The notes beneath the pieces are model-generated. The model saw only the letters and a list, made by a program, of their open reading frames with translations. It made no database searches and had not been told where the DNA came from. From assembly GCA_965248575.1 (NCBI GenBank), contig CBDFJQ010000002.1:1568001-1632000 (forward strand): DNA of 64,000 bases. The letters are read 5' to 3'. The position numbers and the translations under genes were made by a program. The number at the start of each line of letters is the position of its first letter. Position 1 is the first letter of the stretch. Shown here one piece after another: positions 46,726 through 55,227 of the stretch. The DNA is from Planctomycetota bacterium. Lineage in GTDB: Bacteria > Planctomycetota > B15-G4.

Positions 46726-47520
46726 GTGTCGCTCGATAGCTACAAGAAAGTCGTCCCACCCCCGCGTGACCTGAAGAAGGTCATCGTGGTCATGCCGGCC
46801 TACAACGCCGAACAGACCATCGAGGTCACCCTGAACGACATCGATCAGGACCAGGTGGATGAAATCATCCTGGTGGACGACTGCTCCACCGACAACACCT
46901 CCAAGGTGGCCGAGTCGCTGGGCATCACCACCATCCGGCACACGGACAACACGGGTTACGGAGGCAACCAGAAGACTTGCTACCGCACGGCCCTGGAACA
47001 CGGCGCCGACATCGTGGTGATGATCCACCCCGACTACCAATACGACGCACGAGCGCTGCCTGCCATGGTCACCTTCATGCAGTTGGGCACCTGTGATGTG
47101 GTGCTGGGCTCGCGCATTCGTACCCGCCGCGAAGCCCTCGAAGGGGGCATGCCGCTCTGGAAGTACGTGGCCAACCGCTTCCTGACCTTCACCGAGAACC
47201 TGGTGCTCGGCCAGAACGTGGGCGACTTCCACACCGGGCTGCGGGCCTATACGCGCGAAGTGCTCGAGACGATCCCTTTCGAAAACAACAGCGACGACTT
47301 CGTGTTCGACACGCAGTTCCTGGTGCAGGCCGTGCGCTTCAGCTTCAAGATCGGCGACGTCCCCGTCCCGGCGCGCTACTTCGAGGAAGCCAGCTCCATC
47401 AACCTCAAGCGCAGCACGCGCTACGGCCTGGGCACGTTGGGGATGCTCGGCAGCTTCATGTTGTGGAAGCTGGGACTGTCGAGGTCGAAGTTGTTCCGGA
47501 GCAAGAACCCAGAGCTCTGA
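46726..47520 (+). CDS. Polyprenol-phosphate glycosyltransferase (DPM-like GT2)
   Basis: [42 protein letters not shown]. Confidence 0.9.
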   Translation: MSLDSYKKVVPPPRDLKKVIVVMPAYNAEQTIEVTLNDIDQDQVDEIILVDDCSTDNTSKVAESLGITTIRHTDNTGYGGNQKTCYRTALEHGADIVVMIHPDYQYDARALPAMVTFMQLGTCDVVLGSRIRTRREALEGGMPLWKYVANRFLTFTENLVLGQNVGDFHTGLRAYTREVLETIPFENNSDDFVFDTQFLVQAVRFSFKIGDVPVPARYFEEASSINLKRSTRYGLGTLGMLGSFMLWKLGLSRSKLFRSKNPEL

Positions 47521-47565
47521 GGGGGCAACCGGCCGCGCACACGCCTGCGTACTGGTAGCTCTAGC

Positions 47566-47594
47566 TTGACAGGCTCCACGCCTCGCAAGATGCT
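47566..47594 (+). promoter_or_regulatory. Putative sigma70 promoter
   Basis: TTGACA-N17-GATGCT. Confidence 0.4.
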
Positions 47595-48603
47595 GGCCAT
47601 CCAGTCAGGAGATGGCCGCCAGACCGACCACCGAACCCATCGGGCTGCGGGCATCAGGACACTGTCGTGCTCCGCGGAGGATTCTCTCATCACACCCGAG
47701 GCCGACCACACGCGCACCCGCAGCCGCTTCGGCGGTTTCTGGGTGGATCGGCTGGACGCCGAAGACGAGCTGGCCCGCCGGGTGGCTGCCGGCACCGTGA
47801 ACGATGTGCTGGCCCCCCAGCTGGAGAGCTTCATCCGCGACGGCTTCCTGGTGCTTGAGCAGGCCGTGCCGCACGACCTCATCGATGCCACGCTCGATAA
47901 CGTCGAACAGGCATGGCGCGGCGAGCACCCAGACATCCGCGTGGAGTATCCGGACGGCGCAGACATCAAGATCCTGCCCGCCTCGCCCGATGTCCGCACC
48001 GGCACGGGCAAGCTGTTACACATGCACGGCTACTTCCCAACAACCCGAGCGGTCATCTTTGCCGAACCCATCCGTTCATTTCTCGAAGCCGTCTTTGAAC
48101 GACCGCCTCTGGCCTTCAGCACGCTGATGTTCGAGACGGGGAGCAAGCAACCGCCGCACCAAGACTCGGCGTTCGTAGGCGTCGACTCCCCCCTGGAGTT
48201 TGCGGCGTCCTGGGTGGCCCTCGAGGACATCCAGCCGGGCTCAGGCGTGCTCGAATACTACGTCGGCAGCCACCGCATCGATGAGCCGGTGTTCGAGGGC
48301 GACACGCGGCTCATGCCGGTCGAGCTCCGTAACGACGAGCGCTACAACCACTACCTGCTCGACCTGTGCACCAAGGCGGGGCTTGAGCGGCGCGAGTTCA
48401 CCCCCAAGAAGGGGGATGCCCTCATCTGGAACGCCGACCTCGTCCACGGTGGCAGCCAGCAGCGCGCCGAGGGCTCGAGCCGCCGGAGCCTGGTGACGCA
48501 CTACTGCCCGCGGGACCGTCGGCCGTCGTACTTCGACTTCTGGGAGCACAGCGAGCGCATCGAGCACGCACCCGGCGCGTTCTACTGCTACGACCGACGC
48601 TGA
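47590..48603 (+). CDS. Phytanoyl-CoA dioxygenase (PhyH) family Fe/2OG oxygenase; start uncertain
   Basis: HQD...WVALED...GSH...LVHGG facial-triad motifs. Confidence 0.88.
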   Translation: MLAIQSGDGRQTDHRTHRAAGIRTLSCSAEDSLITPEADHTRTRSRFGGFWVDRLDAEDELARRVAAGTVNDVLAPQLESFIRDGFLVLEQAVPHDLIDATLDNVEQAWRGEHPDIRVEYPDGADIKILPASPDVRTGTGKLLHMHGYFPTTRAVIFAEPIRSFLEAVFERPPLAFSTLMFETGSKQPPHQDSAFVGVDSPLEFAASWVALEDIQPGSGVLEYYVGSHRIDEPVFEGDTRLMPVELRNDERYNHYLLDLCTKAGLERREFTPKKGDALIWNADLVHGGSQQRAEGSSRRSLVTHYCPRDRRPSYFDFWEHSERIEHAPGAFYCYDRR

Positions 48604-48624
48604 ACCCCTTTGAGAACACCCGCC

Positions 48625-49179
48625 ATGCCCCGCTGCTGCATCTTGTTCGCCGAAGGTTTCGAGGAGATTGAAGCCATCACCGTGGTCGACGTCCTGCGCC
48701 GCGCCGATGTCGAAACCCAGATGCTGGGCCTCACCAGCATGGAAATCGCGGGCAGCCACGGCATCAGCGTCAGCATGGACCGGTTGCTGGTGGACGCTGC
48801 GGATGAGACGTGGGATTTGGTGGTGCTGCCCGGCGGAATGCCCGGCGCCGTCACCTTGCGCGACGACCCGACTGTGCAGGCGTTGGTGAAGCGCCAACAT
48901 GCGGCGGCCGGCAAGCTGGCGGCGATCTGCGCTGCCCCCATCGCCCTGGGCGCCGCCGGGGTCCTGGATGGCCGGCAAGCCACGAGTTACCCCGGCTTCG
49001 GTGACCAGCTGACCGGGGCAGAGCTCAGCGATCAACGCGTCGTCGTGGACCGCGGCGTCACCACCAGCCGCGGGGCTGGCACCGCCCTGGAGTTTGCCCT
49101 GGAGCTCGTGCGCCAGTTGGTGGGCGAAGAGGCCGCCAGCTCCCTGGGCGAGGCGATGTTGGCCCGGCCTGCGAGCTGA
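48625..49179 (+). CDS. DJ-1/YajL/ThiJ-family protein
   Basis: GFEEIEA, LPGGMPG, AICAAP, TSRGAGTA. Confidence 0.93.
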   Translation: MPRCCILFAEGFEEIEAITVVDVLRRADVETQMLGLTSMEIAGSHGISVSMDRLLVDAADETWDLVVLPGGMPGAVTLRDDPTVQALVKRQHAAAGKLAAICAAPIALGAAGVLDGRQATSYPGFGDQLTGAELSDQRVVVDRGVTTSRGAGTALEFALELVRQLVGEEAASSLGEAMLARPAS

Positions 49180-49219
49180 TCGCGTTGCGGTACTGGCTAC
49201 GCTCCTGGCCGTGTCGAGG

Positions 49220-50332
49220 TCAGCGCTTCTCGAAGCGCGCGCAGTAGACCGGCGGCAGGCTGGTCGACAGGCACTGCCACTGCTGCCCCTGGTCTTCACT
49301 CAGGTAGAGGTTGCCCGTGGTGCTGCCGAAGACCAGCCGTTCCCCGGTCTCGTCCACGTCCAGGGCGTGTCGCAGCACGAGGTCGTAGGCGTGCTGCTGC
49401 GGCAAGCCCGCACGCAGGACGTCAAAGCTCTGCCCCCCATCTCGGGTGCGGCTCACCACCACGGCGCCGTCCACAGGCACCCGCTGCTCGTCCTTGATGG
49501 CCGGAACGAACCAGGCAGTCCCTGGCTGCTGCGGATGCACGGCCACGGGGAAACCGAACGCGCTCGGCTGGGCGCTCTCGATCTCCTGCCACGACCTGCA
49601 GTCATCCACGGATCGGAAGATGCCGTTGTGGTGTTGCACCCAGAACGTCTCGGGCTCCGTCGGACTCTGCACGAGACAGTGTGGGTCCTGGATCAGCGGG
49701 TCGAAGGCCCGCTCCGGTGGAACGAACTCGGCGCGCATGCCCTCGGCCCGACACTCCCAGCTCGCGCCAGCGTCCTCGCTGACCCACACGCCGCCGCACG
49801 ACACGCCCAGCGTCAGCCGATCAGCCCGCTGAGGGTGGACGCAAACGCTATGGATCCCGGGCCAGTCGGCGCCGCCACCCATCCACTCCCGTCGATCCGG
49901 GTGATCCCACAGGGCCCGCACGAGTTCCCAGCTGCCCCCGCCGTCATCCGAGCGGAACAGGCCGCCAGGCAAGGTGCCGCACCACAGGAGCCCCTGCTGA
50001 TCAGGATGCCCCGCAGCCAGCGCCCAGATCAGCTTGAGGGACCAGGGAATGACTCGCCCACTCGTGTCCGTGGAGTCGAGCCCCTCGGGCTGTTCGGGGT
50101 AGGTCGGGACGCCGATCTCCTCCCACTCGCCGCCCGCAGCCGGCCGACGGTGCATCTTCCCACCGAAGTGCCCGTGATCCATGGCGACATAGAGGGTTCC
50201 GCTGCGCGTGTCACTCAGCAAGATCGGCACGGGGTCACCCAGGTGTTCTGCGGCGGTGAGAGTCCATGCTCCCTTCCGGCGTTCAAAACTGAACACGCCC
50301 TTGCGGGTTCCCACATGAAAACGATCGCTCAT
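49220..50332 (-). CDS. BNR/Asp-box repeat beta-propeller protein
   Basis: Asp-boxes SDDGGGSW, SEDAGASW, SVDDCRSW, TRDGGQSF, SEDQGQQW; no signal peptide. Confidence 0.88.
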   Translation of the reverse strand: MSDRFHVGTRKGVFSFERRKGAWTLTAAEHLGDPVPILLSDTRSGTLYVAMDHGHFGGKMHRRPAAGGEWEEIGVPTYPEQPEGLDSTDTSGRVIPWSLKLIWALAAGHPDQQGLLWCGTLPGGLFRSDDGGGSWELVRALWDHPDRREWMGGGADWPGIHSVCVHPQRADRLTLGVSCGGVWVSEDAGASWECRAEGMRAEFVPPERAFDPLIQDPHCLVQSPTEPETFWVQHHNGIFRSVDDCRSWQEIESAQPSAFGFPVAVHPQQPGTAWFVPAIKDEQRVPVDGAVVVSRTRDGGQSFDVLRAGLPQQHAYDLVLRHALDVDETGERLVFGSTTGNLYLSEDQGQQWQCLSTSLPPVYCARFEKR

Positions 50333-50336
50333 GGAT

Positions 50337-50606
50337 TCAGCCTCCGGAAAGGGCCTGCATGACGTAGATTTCGCTCTGCTCGCCGACGGTGTCCCCCAGG
50401 CCCGTGCGGTCGACGATCTGTGTTCCGTCCACGAAGATCAGCATGTGCTTGCGCAGGGATCCATCGTCTTCGAGGACATAGCTGCGCGCGTTGGGGCTTC
50501 CCTCGAACACCGTGTCCAAGGCTTCCTTGACGGTCTGCGCGCCCACCTCTTGGGGCGGCAGCGAGACATGCCGCTGCAAGTTGGGTGTAAAGCACACTCG
50601 TGGCAT
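50337..50606 (-). CDS. MoaD/ThiS-family ubiquitin-like protein
   Basis: 89 aa with a beta-grasp pattern, ending ALSGG. Confidence 0.9.
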   Translation of the reverse strand: MPRVCFTPNLQRHVSLPPQEVGAQTVKEALDTVFEGSPNARSYVLEDDGSLRKHMLIFVDGTQIVDRTGLGDTVGEQSEIYVMQALSGG

Positions 50607-50636
50607 GACGTCGAAGCCTCGAAGTCGTTGGGGCAC

Positions 50637-50677
50637 CCATGGAGTCCATGAGTCCATGAGTCCATGAGTTCATGAAG
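50637..50677. repeat. 8-bp tandem repeat (CCATGAGT) x3 plus two degenerate flanking units
   Basis: ccatggagt-ccatgagt-ccatgagt-ccatgagt-tcatgaag read directly. Confidence 0.85.
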
Positions 50678-50764
50678 CACTGCGGTCGGCAAACACGAGC
50701 GCGGCACGATCGACCCCGACAGAGGGCTCCCGTGTCGACGGACACATCGCCTGCCACCAGGGGG

Positions 50765-50794
50765 ACCGTAGCGCCAGCCTCCGAAAACTGTCAA
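50765..50794 (-). promoter_or_regulatory. Putative sigma70 promoter for the MoaD/BNR pair
   Basis: TTGACA-N18-TACGGT on the minus strand. Confidence 0.45.
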
Positions 50795-50902
50795 TCGACC
50801 GGGCTGTGCCCAAACGGTGGCAGGACTTCGGCAGACCGGCGTTTGCACGGGTCCGTCAGATCACCCAGAATCCCCACTTCAAAAACCCCGCCCGAGACGC
50901 TC

Positions 50903-52042
50903 ATGCCCTGCTCCGCCGTGTACCGCAAGGACCTGAGATCTGCTCCGGCCCCGGCCTGGGCGCCGGTCCTCGTGGCCTTACTGGTCGGCCTGCTCTCGGC
51001 AGCTGCACCCGCTGCGACCATCGCTCGACGTCCCGCGCAGGACGCCGCCGTGGATTCGGAGTCGGCGTCGGCAGTCAACGCAGACCTCCCCCCTCTCCCA
51101 GCACTGGAAGACGGACAGGTCGCCCGCATCGAAGACCTCGTCGTCACGGACCTTGAGTACTTGCGCTACGTCGGCACCGTCTATGCGCGACAGGACGAGG
51201 GCGAGATCGCGTTCCAGCAGGTGCTCATCGAGCGCATCGTCTTCGAGGCCGCCGAACGTGCCGGCGTGTCCATCACGGAGGACGATGTCACCGAACTGGC
51301 CCTGCGCCTCGATGCCCGCGCGCGCGCCGAAACCGGGGGAGCCTCCGGGCTGCTCGAAAGCCTGGATGCAGATGAAGGAGTCGTGCGCGATTCCCTCGCC
51401 ATCCTGGCGTTGCAAGAGAAAGTGATCGCCGCCGAGTCAGGCGTCGAGCATCCGTCGGACGAGCAGCTGCGCGGCTGGATGGACGCTGCGCTGGCCGAGA
51501 TCCATGTACTCCCTGCCCCCTTGGACGACAAGATCGCCGCCCGCTGGCCAGCAGGTGAGATGACGCGCGTCGAGTTGGGGCGTCGCATCCATCGCCTGCT
51601 CGCACCTGAAGATCGCGGCGGCGTGCTCACGGAATTGCTCGGGGTGCTGTTGATCCGGGCCACCGCAGCGCAGCAGGGGATCGAACTGACTCCCGAAGCC
51701 GTGGCGGAGGAGGTCCAGCAACGTGAGCTGCTGGTCAGCGCGCGCGATGGAAACACCGGCGTGAGCTACGCCAACATCGTGGCCCAGCTCGACAAGCTCA
51801 GCCTGGAAGAGCTCGTGGCGACACCACGCTTCGGCGCCGAGGTCCTTCTGCGACTCATGGTTGAGAAGCAATGGACCCACGAGCAGCTTCAGGCCCTTTT
51901 CGAAGAGGAACGTGAGTTCTTCGAGAGTCGGCTGGGCCCGGATCTGAGCTTCGAGCAGGCCCTTCCTAGCGTGTGGCGCGAGGTGAGACAGCGCAGCTAT
52001 CGGCAGCTGTTCGCGGAAGGTAGGATCATCCGCCGCTTCTAA
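50903..52042 (+). CDS. Exported protein with two SurA-N-like helical repeats
   Basis: Signal-like stretch; two similar segments (QQVLIERIVFEAAERAGVSITEDDV and TELLGVLLIRATAAQQGIELTPEAV); no parvulin motif. Confidence 0.55.
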   Translation: MPCSAVYRKDLRSAPAPAWAPVLVALLVGLLSAAAPAATIARRPAQDAAVDSESASAVNADLPPLPALEDGQVARIEDLVVTDLEYLRYVGTVYARQDEGEIAFQQVLIERIVFEAAERAGVSITEDDVTELALRLDARARAETGGASGLLESLDADEGVVRDSLAILALQEKVIAAESGVEHPSDEQLRGWMDAALAEIHVLPAPLDDKIAARWPAGEMTRVELGRRIHRLLAPEDRGGVLTELLGVLLIRATAAQQGIELTPEAVAEEVQQRELLVSARDGNTGVSYANIVAQLDKLSLEELVATPRFGAEVLLRLMVEKQWTHEQLQALFEEEREFFESRLGPDLSFEQALPSVWREVRQRSYRQLFAEGRIIRRF

Positions 52043-52089
52043 GCGGTCTTCCGCTTCACCTTCCTGCCTCGACACGAGCACGCATCCTC

Positions 52090-52416
52090 ATGTTCATCGG
52101 CAAAGTCGTCGGCACCGTGGTCTCCACCATGAAGGACGAAAAGGTGGCCAACCTGAAGTTCCAGGTGGTCCAGGAGCTGGACGAGAAAGGTGAGTTGCGG
52201 GAGAAGTACGTCGTCGCGGCCGACACCATCGGTGCGGGCCAGGGCGACCTGGTGTTGTTCTCTCAAGGCAGCTCTGCCCGGCAGACGACGCTCACCGATG
52301 GGCGCCCCATCGACGCCGCCATCTTCGCCATCATCGACAGCTGGGATGTGGAAGGCGAACTCGTCTACCAGAAGGAAGGCCTAGAGACGACGACCTACGA
52401 CCCCGCGGAGAGCTGA
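52090..52416 (+). CDS. Bacterial microcompartment vertex protein (BMC-P, EutN/CcmL)
   Basis: MFIGKVVGTVVSTMK...VAADTIGAGQGDLVL...GSSAR...PIDAAIFAIID. Confidence 0.95.
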   Translation: MFIGKVVGTVVSTMKDEKVANLKFQVVQELDEKGELREKYVVAADTIGAGQGDLVLFSQGSSARQTTLTDGRPIDAAIFAIIDSWDVEGELVYQKEGLETTTYDPAES

Positions 52417-52419
52417 GCC

Positions 52420-52719
52420 GTGTACCTCGCCCGCGTCATCGGCCGTGTCGTCGCCACCCAGCACATCCAGGGCCTCAGCGGCGAGAAGCTGCTCATTGTG
52501 AGGCCCGTCGATGAACGGGGCGAAGGGGCTGGGGAAACCCTCGTGGCCTGCGATGTCGCCCACTCCGGCCTCGGCGACCTGGTGCATGTGTGCGATGGGC
52601 GCGAATCGACGTTGGCACTCGATGAGCACTACGTGCCTGTGGACGCCACCATTGTGGGGCATGTGGAGCAGTTCGACACGCCGGGCGACAGCCAGGCCAC
52701 GGTCGAGGAGCCCACATGA
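52420..52719 (+). CDS. BMC-P vertex protein (EutN/CcmL)
   Basis: MYLARVIGRVVAT...VACD...GLGDLV...PVDATIVGHVE. Confidence 0.92.
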   Translation: MYLARVIGRVVATQHIQGLSGEKLLIVRPVDERGEGAGETLVACDVAHSGLGDLVHVCDGRESTLALDEHYVPVDATIVGHVEQFDTPGDSQATVEEPT

Positions 52720-53465
52720 CTGCCCTGCTCGAGGTCTCCGAACTCAGCTATCGCTACGGCGAACGTATCGCCGTCGACGGAATCTCCCTTGCGGTTCAGC
52801 GCGCTGAGGTGCTGGGCTTGTTGGGCCCTAATGGCGCCGGCAAGACGACGGCCATCAGTTGTCTTTGCGGCTTGCTACCCCCCGCTTCAGGCTCGCTGCA
52901 ATTCGATGGGCGAAGCTTCACCCCGCACGAGACGCCGGGCCATCGAGGCCTGATCGGCGTCGTCCCCCAGGAACTCGCTCTCTACGACCGCCTCTCGGCG
53001 CGCGAGAACCTCGTGTTTTTCGCGCGGCTTCAAGGCTACCCCGACCCGCAGGGCGCCGCCGAAGACGGCCTGCGCCTCGCGGCGCTCGAGAACCGCGCCG
53101 ACGAGCGGGTAAAGACCTTCTCTGGAGGCATGAAGCGTCGCTTGAACCTCGCAGTCGGGTCGCTGGGCCAACCGGAGCTCACGCTCCTGGACGAGCCCAT
53201 GGTGGGCGTCGACCCCCAATCGCGGAACCACATCTTTGACAGCATCGAGCGCTTACGCAGCGAAGGCCGCGCGGTGATCTACACCTCGCACTCCATGGAC
53301 GAGGTGGAGCGCCTCGCGGACCGCATCGCCATCATGGATGGCGGCAAACTCGTGGCCATCGGCACGGCTGCCGAGTTGGCCGAGCACGCTGGCCTGCCCG
53401 GCGCCAATCTCGAGCGCACTTTCCTGGAGCTCACCGGGCGCACCCTGCGGGACGAAGGCTCATGA
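52716..53465 (+). CDS. ABC-2 type exporter ATP-binding subunit
   Basis: GPNGAGKTT, FSGGMKRR, LLDEP, YTSH. Confidence 0.93.
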   Translation: MTALLEVSELSYRYGERIAVDGISLAVQRAEVLGLLGPNGAGKTTAISCLCGLLPPASGSLQFDGRSFTPHETPGHRGLIGVVPQELALYDRLSARENLVFFARLQGYPDPQGAAEDGLRLAALENRADERVKTFSGGMKRRLNLAVGSLGQPELTLLDEPMVGVDPQSRNHIFDSIERLRSEGRAVIYTSHSMDEVERLADRIAIMDGGKLVAIGTAAELAEHAGLPGANLERTFLELTGRTLRDEGS

Positions 53466-54889
53466 GTGCCTCCCCCGACGCGCACGACGCCAAGACGAGA
53501 ACGCAGCCTGTGCTGCGCACGGCGCTGTATCTGCTGGCCAAGGACCTGCGCCTGTTTGTACGCGACCGGGTCGCCTTGATGCTCGCCGTGCTCCTGCCCA
53601 TCGTGTTGGTGACGGTCTTCGGTTCCATCATGTCAGGCATGGGAGGCGACGACGAAGGCGGCGGCATGCCCACGGTGGAGGTTGCCCTGCTCGACCTCGA
53701 CGACAGCGAGGCGTCTCGGGAATTCGTCGAGGCCCTCGGCAGCATGGACGGCATCTCGCTCTTGGTGATGCATCCCGACGCGCCACGGGAAGAACTCGTA
53801 TCCATCGTGAACGACGGCGAGCGTCCGTTCAGCATCGTCTTGCCCCCGGGCTTTGGCGAGGGCGATGACTTGCAGTTGATCCGCGACCCCGGTCGCGCCA
53901 TGAGCCAGCAACTCCTGACCATCGCACTGGTGCGTGCGCTGTTCGAAACCCGGGGAGAAGATGTGCTCTGGGACCTCCAGCGACGAGGGCTGGAGGCAGC
54001 GGGCATCCCGCCGGAGTGGGCCGAGCGGGTGGAGTCCTTCACCAAGCCCTTCCGCTATGCCATGGAGAGGATGTTCCAGGAAGCCGGCGATCAGGGCTTG
54101 CTGAAAGGCAGCGGCGACTCGGACAGCGCCGCATCAACTGGGGGCGAGGCCGTCGACCAAGACGGCGCCCAGAACGTGAGCACGGCGCCTGACTTCAGCA
54201 AGATCGTCAACGCCATGCTGCCGGTTCAGTTCCAGGATGTCGTGCCGAGCGGACGTCAGGAGAACATGACGTACATGATCGCCCATGCCGTGTCGGGCAT
54301 GACGGTCATGATGCTGATGTTCAGCCTGGTCGGCTTCGCGCGCACGCTGCTGGAAGAGCGGGATGACGGCACCCTGCGCCGCCTCCTGTGTGCCCCCATC
54401 GCGCCGAGCACCATCTTGCTGGGCAAGTTCCTGGGTGCCTTGGTGGTGGGCATTGGCCTGACCTGTGTCTTGTTCCTCCACTCCTGGGTCATGTTCGACC
54501 TCGATGTGCTGCAGTACTGGGACAGTGTCCTGGTCGTCTCCATCATGACGGCGGCTTGCACCTCGGGCTTTGCGCTGCTCATCGCGTCGGTGGCCACCTC
54601 GGACAAGCAGGCTGACGGTCTCTCGACCATCCTGATCCTGACCATGTCCGCCCTGGGTGGCGCCTGGGTGCCATTGATGCTGATGCCCTCTGCCATCCAG
54701 ACGGCCGCGCGCTTCACCTTGCCCTTCTGGTCCATCGACGCGTACCAGCGCATCTTCTGGAACGGTCTGCACTGGACCGAACCCGGGATCCTCACGAACC
54801 TCGGAGTGCTGCTGGGCTTGACCGTCGCCCTGTGCGCCGTGGCCCATGCCCTCTTCCGCCGCCGCTATCTGCGAGCCCCCAACTCATGA
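53462..54889 (+). CDS. ABC-2 type exporter permease with a large extracytoplasmic loop
   Basis: KDLRLFVRDR, TM1 then a large loop, LEERDDGTLRRL, LLGKF, ALGGAWVP. Confidence 0.9.
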   Translation: MSASPDAHDAKTRTQPVLRTALYLLAKDLRLFVRDRVALMLAVLLPIVLVTVFGSIMSGMGGDDEGGGMPTVEVALLDLDDSEASREFVEALGSMDGISLLVMHPDAPREELVSIVNDGERPFSIVLPPGFGEGDDLQLIRDPGRAMSQQLLTIALVRALFETRGEDVLWDLQRRGLEAAGIPPEWAERVESFTKPFRYAMERMFQEAGDQGLLKGSGDSDSAASTGGEAVDQDGAQNVSTAPDFSKIVNAMLPVQFQDVVPSGRQENMTYMIAHAVSGMTVMMLMFSLVGFARTLLEERDDGTLRRLLCAPIAPSTILLGKFLGALVVGIGLTCVLFLHSWVMFDLDVLQYWDSVLVVSIMTAACTSGFALLIASVATSDKQADGLSTILILTMSALGGAWVPLMLMPSAIQTAARFTLPFWSIDAYQRIFWNGLHWTEPGILTNLGVLLGLTVALCAVAHALFRRRYLRAPNS

Positions 54890-55185
54890 AGATCGGAAGA
54901 GTCATCGGGACGGTGGTCACGCCCGTGAGCCACCCGGCGTACGACGGCAAACGCCTGTTGGCTGTGCGCCCCGTGGCACCCGACCTCAGCCCCACGAAGG
55001 ACCGCATGTTCACGGCCGTGGACCGCTGTCAGGCGGGCGTCGGCGATGTGGTCCTGCTCATGGCTGAGGGCAGCTCCGTGCGGGACGTCCTGGGTGAGGC
55101 CGAGGCGCCTATTCGCACGGCAGTCGTAGGCATCATCGATGAAATCTGCATGCATGGAACCGTGGTCTACCCCGCTCCTGCCTGA
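54886..55185 (+). CDS. BMC-P vertex protein (EutN/CcmL)
   Basis: ATGA overlap; MKIGRVIGTVV...AVDRCQAGVGDVVL...EGSSVR...VVGIID. Confidence 0.93.
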   Translation: MKIGRVIGTVVTPVSHPAYDGKRLLAVRPVAPDLSPTKDRMFTAVDRCQAGVGDVVLLMAEGSSVRDVLGEAEAPIRTAVVGIIDEICMHGTVVYPAPA

Positions 55186-55214
55186 CGCCCCTGTTCGCAC
55201 GCCCGGCCTCCCGC

Positions 55215-55220
55215 TACCAT
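55215..55220 (+). promoter_or_regulatory. Putative -10 hexamer (TACCAT), leaderless
   Basis: 7 nt upstream of ATG 55228. Confidence 0.55.
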
Positions 55221-55227
55221 TCGCGCC

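Noticed and set aside
49220..50606. Bil/Bub-type antiphage ubiquitination system
   Set aside because: No E1, E2 or JAB genes are adjacent.
50637..50677. CRISPR array
   Set aside because: The units are 8 bp with no spacers, and there are no cas genes.
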